From: a virus
Reading direction: 5' to 3' (one strand)
Length of the DNA: 64,000 bases
IMG/VR virus record: IMGVR_UViG_3300024344_000002
Coordinates: 1-64,000 of that record
In this document: positions 1 through 7,901 of the stretch, piece by piece
Numbering within the stretch: position 1 is the stretch's first letter
How the letters are laid out: each line of letters starts with the position of its first letter
The notes under the pieces: generated by a model
What the model saw: only the letters and a program-made list of their open reading frames with translations
The model's database searches: none
Told to the model about the DNA's origin: nothing
Position numbers and translations under genes: made by a program

Positions 1-51
1 GTCAACTATCTCAAGCCACTCAATCCATTCCATAAAATAATCATTAGGCAT
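1..51 (-). CDS. 5' end of a small early-type gene running off the window (MPNDYFMEWIEWLEIVD...)
   Basis: ATG at 51-49 preceded by GGAGAAAATT, the same leader as the 62..316 gene; frame open to the window edge. Confidence 0.6.
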   Translation of the reverse strand, partial: MPNDYFMEWIEWLEIVD

Positions 52-61
52 AATTTTCTCC

Positions 62-316
62 CTATGTCCAACTTTCCCAACTACAACCGCACTCGTTACA
101 GGTTTCCTCAGTCTTAACGCTGTAGGTTCCTGACTTCTTGACCGTAAGGTCGTAACGCTTAACGGTACGAATCTCTTTTGACCGTGGGTCAGTAGCGTTA
201 TAGTTACCATTGCACCAAACAATTTCTTCTTCAGTACCACACTCAGCAAGATGCTTGGTGTATTCTGCTGGTGTTTCCTTCCAGCCGTTTGCAATTCCTA
301 AATACTTCTTAGTCAT
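62..316 (-). CDS. small hypothetical early protein, C-terminal CxxC
   Basis: 84-aa ORF with strong RBS AAGGAGAAAATTATG; ends ETCNECGCSW. Confidence 0.75.
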   Translation of the reverse strand: MTKKYLGIANGWKETPAEYTKHLAECGTEEEIVWCNGNYNATDPRSKEIRTVKRYDLTVKKSGTYSVKTEETCNECGCSWESWT

Positions 317-370
317 AATTTTCTCCTTTTGAACTATATATATTATCGACTAGGGGTGTGACACGTTAGG

Positions 371-541
371 TCACTCGGTCGCACTTAATTCTTTTTTTTC
401 TAGCTTTTTTTCTGCTTCTTTATCCATCAATACCATAACGTCAATAATGGCATATTTGACAGCCTTAGATAGTCCAGCAGCCTCAGCGCTATAGTATGCT
501 TCCCACAATTCTGACTTGATTTTTTTGATATTTTTTTTCAT
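371..541 (-). CDS. small hypothetical protein, 56 aa (MKKNIKKIKSELWEAYYSAEAAGLSKAVKYAIIDVMVLMDKEAEKKLEKKELSATE)
   Basis: Translated by hand (below the ORF-track cutoff); helical amphipathic composition; co-oriented with neighbours. Confidence 0.6.
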   Translation of the reverse strand: MKKNIKKIKSELWEAYYSAEAAGLSKAVKYAIIDVMVLMDKEAEKKLEKKELSATE

Positions 542-573
542 TTTATTTTTCCCGAAATAATGTCGTTTTTTTT

Positions 574-597
574 CTTATTGAGACCAGTCTCATTAAG
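574..597. promoter_or_regulatory. 11-2-11 inverted repeat, candidate operator
   Basis: CTTATTGAGAC-CA-GTCTCATTAAG, one mismatch, intergenic. Confidence 0.4.
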
Positions 598-607
598 CCC
601 CTCAAGC

Positions 608-665
608 CGCTTGCTTCACCTGATACAGTGAAGGCGAAGCAGGCGCCTAGTCCTACCTGACCTAT
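608..665. repeat. early-region hairpin element, copy 1
   Basis: ~14-bp stem (608-621/632-645) closing CCT-GATACAGTGA-AGG, followed by CCTACC..CCTAT. Confidence 0.55.
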
Positions 666-724
666 GTGAATAGGGCGCCATTGTTATAGTGTTAGGCTTC
701 ACTCAAGAATGGCCTACTGGCCAC

Positions 725-922
725 CTATCTAAACGCCCGCATGTCTCGCTGCACATCCCGAGCCTCTTGCGACCTGTTCCATTCCTCGACTGTACAGCCG
801 AATATCTCATGTATAGGACGCGAGGCTTCTGCCTCTTGCAATTCGCGTGATGCTTCCATCAGCTCGCCCATCTTAAAGGCGTCTGTTTCTTCTACGTTAA
901 TATTTTCGTTAAATTTTGTCAT
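725..922 (-). CDS. small hypothetical protein, PIHExFGCTxEEWN family (paralog of 1260..1463)
   Basis: ATG at 922 with GGAG RBS (track start 934 is TTG); shared C-terminal motif. Confidence 0.7.
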   Translation of the reverse strand: MTKFNENINVEETDAFKMGELMEASRELQEAEASRPIHEIFGCTVEEWNRSQEARDVQRDMRAFR

Positions 923-964
923 TTTTTTCTCCAAGTTGAAAAATGCAGGCGCTGCTCCCGTTGA

Positions 965-1031
965 AGCTGATTAGTACGCCTGAGACTATGAAGGCGTACT
1001 AGTCAGCTGGTATTACCCTACCCTAGCCTAT
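965..1031. repeat. early-region hairpin element, copy 2
   Basis: 17-bp stem (965-981/992-1008) closing CCT-GAGACTATGA-AGG, followed by CCTACC..CCTAT; 360 bp from copy 1. Confidence 0.6.
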
Positions 1032-1052
1032 AGCCTTCTATGTATGACGTAG

Positions 1053-1190
1053 CTAGCTAGCCGTGTGCCATGATGTGCGTAGTGCATTAGCCAATTTGTA
1101 TGCTGTAGCCCTATCTGAATACAAAGATACTTGTCTATTATTTATTACTACTACCCAGTTGTTCATAATCTTTACGACTTTGATGTTCAT
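1053..1190 (-). CDS. small hypothetical protein (MNIKVVKIMNNWVVVINNRQV...)
   Basis: Track ORF 1053..1250; ATG at 1190 with upstream GAGAG is the more plausible start. Confidence 0.55.
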   Translation of the reverse strand: MNIKVVKIMNNWVVVINNRQVSLYSDRATAYKLANALRTSWHTAS

Positions 1191-1259
1191 GGTGGGTTTG
1201 CTCTCGTTGTATGTATGCTGTCTGTTAGCGTGTTTGTTAGGCTGATACAATGCAGTATA

Positions 1260-1463
1260 CTACATATTGTGTAGTCCTACTGCATCGTGTCGTGCATCCC
1301 ATGCACTACAACTATTGTTCCATTCTTCAATAGTACAACCAAATTGTTCATGGATAGGTATATCCTTTGATTGTTCTTTGATGTAATCCTCTTGCATCTC
1401 ATACTTCTCACATGCAAGTAGTTCATCTGTTTGACGATTGTATGTATAAAAGAAACTTTTCAT
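1260..1463 (-). CDS. small hypothetical protein, PIHExFGCTxEEWN family
   Basis: 67 aa, AAGGA RBS; motif PIHEQFGCTIEEWNNS matches PIHEIFGCTVEEWNRS of 725..922. Confidence 0.75.
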   Translation of the reverse strand: MKSFFYTYNRQTDELLACEKYEMQEDYIKEQSKDIPIHEQFGCTIEEWNNSCSAWDARHDAVGLHNM

Positions 1464-1487
1464 ATTACTATATCCTTAGTGAATAGA

Positions 1488-1658
1488 CTATTTATTGATG
1501 ATGATAAGTAAAGCCTTCTTTACTTTCCATAACTGTTCAAGCTCACCCTCAACAATACTCTTGTTGTAGTTACCTAACTCATCTCTATGTTCAACAATCT
1601 TATTTTCGATTGTCACGTTAAGTTTATCTAATGTCGATTGTGCTTGTATCTTATTCAT
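1488..1658 (-). CDS. small hypothetical protein, 56 aa (MNKIQAQSTLDKLNVTIENKIVEHRDELGNYNKSIVEGELEQLWKVKKALLIIINK)
   Basis: Translated by hand; GAGG RBS; directly downstream of promoter 1692-1720. Confidence 0.65.
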   Translation of the reverse strand: MNKIQAQSTLDKLNVTIENKIVEHRDELGNYNKSIVEGELEQLWKVKKALLIIINK

Positions 1659-1691
1659 GATTACCTCTGATTGATTAATTGTTATGTATTA

Positions 1692-1720
1692 AGTATATTA
1701 TATATATCGTCGTTTGTCAA
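1692..1720 (-). promoter_or_regulatory. sigma70-type early promoter
   Basis: TTGACA-17 bp (aacGACGATatatataa)-TATACT on the minus strand, with AT-rich upstream sequence. Confidence 0.8.
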
Positions 1721-1750
1721 TAGTATTCTTAAATGAATATAGGAATAATC

Positions 1751-1834
1751 TTATTTATTATTAAGATTGTTTTCCCATAGTGTAAACACTAAGGGTAGTG
1801 TTACGATTGAACAAAGTAGTAATTCAGTAAACAT
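1751..1834 (-). CDS. 27-aa hydrophobic peptide (MFTELLLCSIVTLPLVFTLWENNLNNK)
   Basis: GAGG RBS, sits between the two early promoters; single TM-like segment. Confidence 0.45.
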   Translation of the reverse strand: MFTELLLCSIVTLPLVFTLWENNLNNK

Positions 1835-1882
1835 ATTTAATAACCTCATATAGTTAATTAATTGATTAATTGTTATACTATA

Positions 1883-1911
1883 AGTATATACTACTAATCG
1901 TCATATGTCAA
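1883..1911 (-). promoter_or_regulatory. sigma70-type early promoter
   Basis: TTGACA-17 bp (tatGACGATtagtagta)-TATACT; followed by ATAACAATTAATCAAT as in the 1692-1720 promoter. Confidence 0.8.
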
Positions 1912-2094
1912 GTATATTATCATTATATTATCTGATTATTCAATAATATTCTATTGTATTTTGAACTAATCCCATATTCGATTATTGTTACTATGGGGGT
2001 GTAGTTATTTGTTCATTCTTGTTGATACTTATTATCATTAAAAAAAAGGGGGTGGTGCAGACGAAACTAGCGAACCCTGCGCCCTTTGTCTTAG

Positions 2095-2289
2095 CTAAAT
2101 CAGCCTTGTAATAACTTCAGAGACTAATTTTATCAGATACGGACTGAACCACATGATGCAGATGATAGCGAACACGAAGAAAACATCCGCCCAATCAGTC
2201 GTTGGAGGTCTATGCCTCTCTCCCCACCTGTCTGAGGATGTTAGACGCCGCTCTGAATCTTCTTTTGGCGGCTCATATGGGTTATGCAT
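2095..2289 (-). CDS. small membrane protein with N-terminal NPYxxP motif
   Basis: MHNPYEPP..., C-terminal hydrophobic helix VFFVFAIICIMWF. Confidence 0.65.
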   Translation of the reverse strand: MHNPYEPPKEDSERRLTSSDRWGERHRPPTTDWADVFFVFAIICIMWFSPYLIKLVSEVITRLI

Positions 2290-2749
2290 CTAATGACCGT
2301 CGATTGCCGTTCTTCTTCATTGCAACTTCTGCGTCAATACCCTTCTTCAACCTGTTATAGAAAGCAGCATATGAAACTTCACATCGAGGATCTTCTACCC
2401 ATTGCCCAATATTTTTCTCTTCTCCAAATGCCTCAATCTTAACATTCGACTTCATGTTGTTAGCATTCTCTTTAGGAGTAAGCTCCCGTAGGTTATCACG
2501 GGTGTTATTAAGCCGGTCATTATCTACATGGTCAACAAACACGTATGGATTTATAGTACCCAATACCATCCTGTGCATGGCCTTATGCCGCCCTTTAATC
2601 TTAGTTATGGCATACCCTGCTTGATTTAGATGCCAACTATACTGACTCAGCAAGGGATAATCCTCTGGACTTACTAATGCATGTTTACCAGCTCCCAGCA
2701 CACCACCTAGATAAAGTCGGAAACCGTTTTCAGTTTGTTGCTCATTCAT
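2282..2749 (-). CDS. HNH endonuclease (HNH_3 type) with C-terminal DNA-binding domain
   Basis: MHRMVL...VDHVDNDRLNNTRDNLR motif; C-terminal IEAFGEEK..W..YNRLKKG; likely ATG at 2749 (track start 2785). Confidence 0.8.
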   Translation of the reverse strand: MNEQQTENGFRLYLGGVLGAGKHALVSPEDYPLLSQYSWHLNQAGYAITKIKGRHKAMHRMVLGTINPYVFVDHVDNDRLNNTRDNLRELTPKENANNMKSNVKIEAFGEEKNIGQWVEDPRCEVSYAAFYNRLKKGIDAEVAMKKNGNRRSLDA

Positions 2750-2963
2750 TTTCTCTTCTTCTTTCATTGATTTGACACTTACCACGACCTTGCCGTTTAG
2801 AAATACCCAGTTTGTAGCGAGCCTTTCTTACTTGGTCTATGGTAACCCTTTGATTTATTCCCCTCTCATATCTTATCCTACTAAGCTCAGACGCTAATTC
2901 GCTGTCTGTAACTATATTAGCCAACTCACTAATAAACTTTACTTCTGTTTCGTCTAGCTTCAT
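2742..2963 (-). CDS. putative small HTH DNA-binding protein
   Basis: TDSELASEL...VTIDQVRKARYKLGISKRQGRG; ATG at 2963 more likely than track start 3053. Confidence 0.55.
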   Translation of the reverse strand: MKLDETEVKFISELANIVTDSELASELSRIRYERGINQRVTIDQVRKARYKLGISKRQGRGKCQINERRRENE

Positions 2964-3051
2964 ATCGTAGAATGTGTATATGATGTTTCTTATTTGTATA
3001 ATAAAACTATAACTCTGAAAAAAAATTTCAGCACAGACAAAGAGGTAATAC

Positions 3052-3237
3052 ATGAATATTTACGATGTACTAAGCAAAGTACACACAAAGGCAACAGGGG
3101 AAGTTCAAGAGTCTGTAGAGGAGGATCTTAAGGTAGATGATCCGCCTGTAGAAGAAGCAAAGGCAATCTTAGCAGAAAAAACTGATGAAAGTACCAAAGG
3201 GAATGACGGAAAGCGAAGTTCTAAGCGTAATAAATAA
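3052..3237 (+). CDS. small acidic hypothetical protein
   Basis: 61 aa, GAGG RBS, first gene of the plus-strand block. Confidence 0.55.
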   Translation: MNIYDVLSKVHTKATGEVQESVEEDLKVDDPPVEEAKAILAEKTDESTKGNDGKRSSKRNK

Positions 3238-3727
3238 AATATGCGATAGATACGCCTACAAATTTCAATTTGGTTACTATACACCTGATGACATACGCCA
3301 AGAAGCCTTTATTATTGCTATAGATGCTTTAGATCGCTACGAAGAAGGTCGTCCACTAGAAAATTTTCTAGCGGTCCATGTGAAAAACAGGCTAAACAAC
3401 TTCAAGAGAGATAAATTTTATCGTCAGACAAAGAAGGATAACGACAAGCAGAAGCATATTAACAATAGTAAAAAATATCTAATGGAACCTCTCGATATAA
3501 GCAATATCAGGGACGAACACGAGAGGAACATGCGCTGCTCTGACGAGTTTATCGAAGATGTCTTAAACAACGAACTGTTCGATCTCATTGATCAAAACCT
3601 TTCTGTTGAATTTCGAGCCGACTATTTGCGGATACGGGACGGAGCTTACGTTCCAAAACCCAGAAGAGAGCAAATCATGCTTGAAATCAAGAAAATAATA
3701 GGAGAAGAACCCTATGAAGAAGGGTAG
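3185..3727 (+). CDS. phage sigma70-family factor (region 2; region 4 not evident), probable late sigma
   Basis: DDIRQEAFIIAIDALDRYEEGRPLENFLAVHVKNRLNNFKR resembles sigma70 region 2 (DLxQE...F..Y....I.N...D..R). Confidence 0.7.
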   Translation: MKVPKGMTESEVLSVINKICDRYAYKFQFGYYTPDDIRQEAFIIAIDALDRYEEGRPLENFLAVHVKNRLNNFKRDKFYRQTKKDNDKQKHINNSKKYLMEPLDISNIRDEHERNMRCSDEFIEDVLNNELFDLIDQNLSVEFRADYLRIRDGAYVPKPRREQIMLEIKKIIGEEPYEEG

Positions 3728-4508
3728 ATTCACAAAGACAGAGCAAGAATTTATCAAAAATAACCACCGAGAGATGTCAAATCTCGAAATGGCTACTCAT
3801 CTAGACCGTGACCCTATTTCCATACAGTCTTACGTGAAGGAAAAAATCGGGAACACCACGTTAGACGACCGTGAAATTGAAGCTTTGCACGATTTACAAG
3901 GTCGTCCCTTCTGGAAAGACCTCCAAAAGCAGTTTTCGGAAGAAGAATTACAATCCCTTCTCTACCACTGGAGTAGAATCATCACCCAATTCCGTGATGA
4001 CGTACTTCCTACAGAAGAATTACAGATAATTGATGCTATCAAACTGGAAATTCTCATGAACCGCGCTCTAATTTCCCAACAAACTAACATGACTCAGATA
4101 CAAAAGTATGAAGAACTCGTTACAGACGAGAAGGGAAAACCATTAGAGGTACAAGACAAAGACTATATCTTTAACTTAGAGAGACAAATCGCAGTTTGCA
4201 GAGCCGCACAAGAAACTTTGACTAGAGATTACAAAGACTTGCAAACAAAAAAGGCAGCAATGCTAAAAGATTTAAAGGCTACTCGTGAACAACGTATCAA
4301 AAGACTCGAAGATTCTAAACAAACCTTCATTGGCTGGGTAAGAAACCTTATGTCTAATCCAGATGTAAGACAAGAACTAGGCACTGAAATGGAAAAAATG
4401 CGTTTAGCAATGGAAAACGAGGCTGAAAGACTGTCTGAATACCACAAGTATGAAGATGGAACTATAGATCAACCATTTCTGACACCTGACAGTGTCAAGG
4501 ATGACTAA
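3714..4508 (+). CDS. HTH + coiled-coil protein, candidate terminase small subunit
   Basis: N-terminal FTKTEQEFIKNN...EMATHLDR HTH-like segment, long coiled coil, upstream of the packaging genes. Confidence 0.4.
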   Translation: MKKGRFTKTEQEFIKNNHREMSNLEMATHLDRDPISIQSYVKEKIGNTTLDDREIEALHDLQGRPFWKDLQKQFSEEELQSLLYHWSRIITQFRDDVLPTEELQIIDAIKLEILMNRALISQQTNMTQIQKYEELVTDEKGKPLEVQDKDYIFNLERQIAVCRAAQETLTRDYKDLQTKKAAMLKDLKATREQRIKRLEDSKQTFIGWVRNLMSNPDVRQELGTEMEKMRLAMENEAERLSEYHKYEDGTIDQPFLTPDSVKDD

Positions 4509-5248
4509 TGAAGACTGATCTTGTTACTGGTATGCATAGAACTGGACATCATGCTATAGCTGTTTGGTTATCTCATCAGTTTTCCGGTATATCTAATTTT
4601 TCTTTCTCTACTGTAGCTAGCTGGCTTATGGCTAATGAGACAGACAAAAGTTTAATACTAATGGCTAACAATCCTCTAAGAGAAGGCCGGAATGAAAACC
4701 CAGACAAGAAGAAGCTGCCCCTAATACTAAATGATGTAAAACCACAAAACCTGATAATCACTCACGAACAAGAGAGACTAGAAAGACTAACAACAATATT
4801 ACAACAATCGCCCTACTCTATTAATAAACCCATAGTTGTAATCCGTGACTTTAGAAACTGGGTAGCAAGCTGTATCAAAATGGCTCTACGGGATAATAAA
4901 ATCATAGAAGAAGTAATAAGCTATGAAAAAATAGAGGTCTACCATAACCATATTAAAAACTTCTGGAATGACGACTACTATTTCATTCTCTATAACAAAT
5001 GGGCTACAGACAAAAACTACAGACAAGAGATTTGTAAATACTTAGAATACTTTTTCACAGATGCTGCCAAAGAGCAATTGTCTATCTTCGGTGGCGGAAG
5101 CTCTTTCGATGCTTTAGACTATTTAAAGAACGCTTCCGGTATGGATGTCAATAACCGCTACCAAGAAATGGAAAAACATCCATACTACGAAACTATATTG
5201 GAAAAATACCAAGGAACCCTAAGACTAAGTAATAGAATATTCAAATGA
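4508..5248 (+). CDS. sulfotransferase-fold protein
   Basis: 5'-PSB-like GMHRTGHHAI and 3'-PB-like VVIRDFRNWVAS motifs. Confidence 0.6.
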   Translation: MKTDLVTGMHRTGHHAIAVWLSHQFSGISNFSFSTVASWLMANETDKSLILMANNPLREGRNENPDKKKLPLILNDVKPQNLIITHEQERLERLTTILQQSPYSINKPIVVIRDFRNWVASCIKMALRDNKIIEEVISYEKIEVYHNHIKNFWNDDYYFILYNKWATDKNYRQEICKYLEYFFTDAAKEQLSIFGGGSSFDALDYLKNASGMDVNNRYQEMEKHPYYETILEKYQGTLRLSNRIFK

Positions 5249-6270
5249 AAAAAGCAATCATATACGGTGTAACAGGACAAGATGGATCATACCTATCTGA
5301 ATTATTACTTTCTAAAGGATACATAGTATATGGAATAGCCCGTAGAACTTCCACTAACAACACTATCAGAATAAAACATTTGCTAATACAAAAGCAGTTT
5401 CATCTTATTCAGGGTGATGTTACAGACCCTACCAGTATTTTTAGGACTCTAAACGAAATACAACCTGACGAAGTGTATAACTTGGCGGCTCAATCGCATG
5501 TCGGGACTTCTTTTAATCAACCAACATTGACTTGGAATATAACCGCACAAGGATGCCTCAATATCCTCGAAGTGATTCGTCAGATGGTGAACCGGCCACG
5601 GTTCTATCAAGCGAGTTCGTCAGAAATGTTTGGCGACCAGTTTAGCCTCGACAGGAATGGATATAAGTATCAAGATGAAAAAACCAGATTCTCGCCTCAA
5701 TCTCCATACGCTATTGCTAAGCTTGCTGGTCACAGTGCAGTTTCCCTTTATCGCCGCTCTTATGATCTATACGCCTGTGGCGGTATTCTATTCAATCATG
5801 AATCGGAAAGAAGAGGCGAGCGATTTGTAACGAGGAAGGTCAGTCGCTATGTGGCTGATTTCTATTGGGCGACCCAGCAGGGTCGTAGTATTCCCAACCT
5901 AAAACTTGGGAATCTACATGTGCAAAGAGATTGGGGTCACGCTGAAGACTATGTAAAAGCCATGTGGATGATGCTGCAACAAGACAATCCTAAAGATTAT
6001 GTAATAGCTACCGGAAATACCTACTCGATAGAAGATATGGTAAAAGAAGCCTTTCAGTGTATAAATATTAATGAGTATGAAAAATATGTAGAAATAGATG
6101 ATAGCTTAAAAAGACCATCTGAAGTTCCATATCTTAAAGGCTCTCCTAAAAAGGCCAAGAAAGAGCTAGGGTGGGAAGAAAGCATCACTTTTGAACAACT
6201 AATAAGTCGGATGGTAGAAAATGATATTCAGAGTAGATGTGAATATGGAAAAGATGTATCCGCACCTTGA
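5245..6270 (+). CDS. gmd: GDP-mannose 4,6-dehydratase
   Basis: GVTGQDGSYL, YNLAAQSHV, FYQASSSEMFG, SPYAIAK, ILFNHES, RDWGHAEDYV. Confidence 0.96.
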   Translation: MKKAIIYGVTGQDGSYLSELLLSKGYIVYGIARRTSTNNTIRIKHLLIQKQFHLIQGDVTDPTSIFRTLNEIQPDEVYNLAAQSHVGTSFNQPTLTWNITAQGCLNILEVIRQMVNRPRFYQASSSEMFGDQFSLDRNGYKYQDEKTRFSPQSPYAIAKLAGHSAVSLYRRSYDLYACGGILFNHESERRGERFVTRKVSRYVADFYWATQQGRSIPNLKLGNLHVQRDWGHAEDYVKAMWMMLQQDNPKDYVIATGNTYSIEDMVKEAFQCININEYEKYVEIDDSLKRPSEVPYLKGSPKKAKKELGWEESITFEQLISRMVENDIQSRCEYGKDVSAP

Positions 6271-6481
6271 AGAAGTCGGGATACAAAAAAATCTGACTAG
6301 CGAAACATATTTTTTCATAAAGGCGGAAGATCCAGACGAAGCGTGCAGAAGTGCTGTCGTTTCTTTGACTAGGAGGATACTTGCTGAAAAGAGTACACCC
6401 GAAGTGATCGACGTTCTTGCTGACATAAGCCACGATGTATCTGTGACGAAAGTTAGAATAGTCAAACCATTAGGGTTCTAA
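6245..6481 (+). CDS. hypothetical protein
   Basis: ORF overlapping the gmd end; start uncertain (6221/6245/6254). Confidence 0.5.
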   Translation: MEKMYPHLEEVGIQKNLTSETYFFIKAEDPDEACRSAVVSLTRRILAEKSTPEVIDVLADISHDVSVTKVRIVKPLGF

Positions 6482-6555
6482 TCAATTTTCTAATAAACTT
6501 TTGAGCCAAACGGTTTTAGGATATTCGTTTGTCCAACAACATTGAGAGGCTTACT

Positions 6556-6834
6556 ATGAGAACTGTAAAGATTATTGGCGGTTTTCTGGTTTGTTTGATG
6601 TTAGCAAATATGCTGCTAATGAAACATTATTTTGATATATTAAACGAACCAAAACCCATAGAATTAAAATTGGATGCACCTAACTTAGTTCAAATGCAAC
6701 AACGAATAGATGCTATATACGAAGAGTGCAAATTACGCGACTCTGCAATATATAGAGAAGTATTGAACTTAAGAAATGATTTAAATGGACAAAAATCTAT
6801 AGATTCGAGGGATAAGATTGCGGGATTACAATAA
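6556..6834 (+). CDS. single-pass membrane protein with coiled coil
   Basis: GAGG RBS; N-terminal TM IIGGFLVCLMLANMLLM then heptad-like region (possibly spanin-like; unverified). Confidence 0.6.
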   Translation: MRTVKIIGGFLVCLMLANMLLMKHYFDILNEPKPIELKLDAPNLVQMQQRIDAIYEECKLRDSAIYREVLNLRNDLNGQKSIDSRDKIAGLQ

Positions 6835-7102
6835 TCCAGTCTATCAGGATTGGAGAAAAAGAGTATACAAGCGGGATAAGCATAAATGCCAAATGCCCGG
6901 CTGTGGATATAAGAGAGCATTAAATGCCCATCATATAAAACGTTGGGCAGATGCTCCTTACTTACGATATGATATTGATAATGGAATTACCCTTTGCTGG
7001 AAGTGTCACAAAGAGGTAACTGGTTCTGAGGGTAGTTACGAACCTTTATTCATGGATATCGTAAGGAAAAACAATGGGAAAGATACCAACTCTGATTCTT
7101 AG
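6818..7102 (+). CDS. HNH endonuclease, packaging-associated type
   Basis: WRKRVYKRD.HKCQMPGC...AHHIK...DNGITLCWKCH; TTG start with GAGG RBS; upstream of TerL. Confidence 0.85.
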   Translation: MRDYNNPVYQDWRKRVYKRDKHKCQMPGCGYKRALNAHHIKRWADAPYLRYDIDNGITLCWKCHKEVTGSEGSYEPLFMDIVRKNNGKDTNSDS

Positions 7103-7901
7103 TAAAGACAGAGCGCCTCAACTAAGACTTTTGATTGAAAGTCTCTACGCTAATGCCACTGGCATATTTGAGCCTTATGTTCTATGGAAGGCTACTACTC
7201 AAGAACACCAAAACGGATATTACAAACTACAATCCGAAAAACTTGGTGTAAATTGGAGTAGAGAAACATACATGCTAGAAAATCTTTATGCGTTTCTACA
7301 AATGTTTCAAGATCAGCATTTTGCATTGTTCATGGACGATTGCATATTCTATAAACCCCTCAGAAAGACTCCAGAAGAGCTTCTAAGCCTATTTGATGAT
7401 GATACTTGGTGTCTGAGCCTAAGACTGGGAGAGAACACTACAGAAAGCACTAAGAAGCCTCTACAGCCTGTGTATAAGAAAGACGGGTTTATTAAGTATA
7501 ACTTCAAAGAACATGAAGCATATGATAACTATGGATTTTACTTTAGTTGGGATGGCGTAGTATATAATACTAACGAAGTTTTAAAAATGTTTAATAACGA
7601 CGACTTTTGTGGAACAGATAATCAATACGCTATACTTCCACAAAAGATAGAAAACTTTATGTCGAACAAACGAGATGAGTGTGAAAAGGATCTTATTTGC
7701 TGCCCAACAGAAAGTCATGTTGTTTCTATGAATTACAACTCAACTCATCCTAATGCGAGCTTTAATGATGTTCCATTGGATGAATTGGTAAAAGCTTATC
7801 TTGAACAACATATGACAATTGACTTTGACACAATTGATTTTAATGACATAAATGGCACGCATGACAATAGATCATTTGCATTGAGACCAATAATGCTATG
7901 A
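7074..7901 (+). CDS. putative GT-A fold glycosyltransferase
   Basis: LILSKDRAPQLRLLIESL N-terminus, FALFMDD acidic motif, LSLRLG. Confidence 0.6.
   Translation: MGKIPTLILSKDRAPQLRLLIESLYANATGIFEPYVLWKATTQEHQNGYYKLQSEKLGVNWSRETYMLENLYAFLQMFQDQHFALFMDDCIFYKPLRKTPEELLSLFDDDTWCLSLRLGENTTESTKKPLQPVYKKDGFIKYNFKEHEAYDNYGFYFSWDGVVYNTNEVLKMFNNDDFCGTDNQYAILPQKIENFMSNKRDECEKDLICCPTESHVVSMNYNSTHPNASFNDVPLDELVKAYLEQHMTIDFDTIDFNDINGTHDNRSFALRPIML

Noticed and set aside
1-10. GTCAAC at the window start as a -35 box or genome terminus
   Set aside because: It lies inside an ORF (ATG at 51) that continues beyond the window
608-1008. Hammerhead ribozyme or box C/D reading of the CTGA...TGAAG hairpins
   Set aside because: No CUGAUGA...GAAA core or three-stem junction; CTGA is on the non-transcribed strand
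2964-3053. N-terminal 30 aa of track ORF 2742..3053
   Set aside because: Overlaps the divergent AT-rich promoter region; ATG at 2963 gives a more plausible protein
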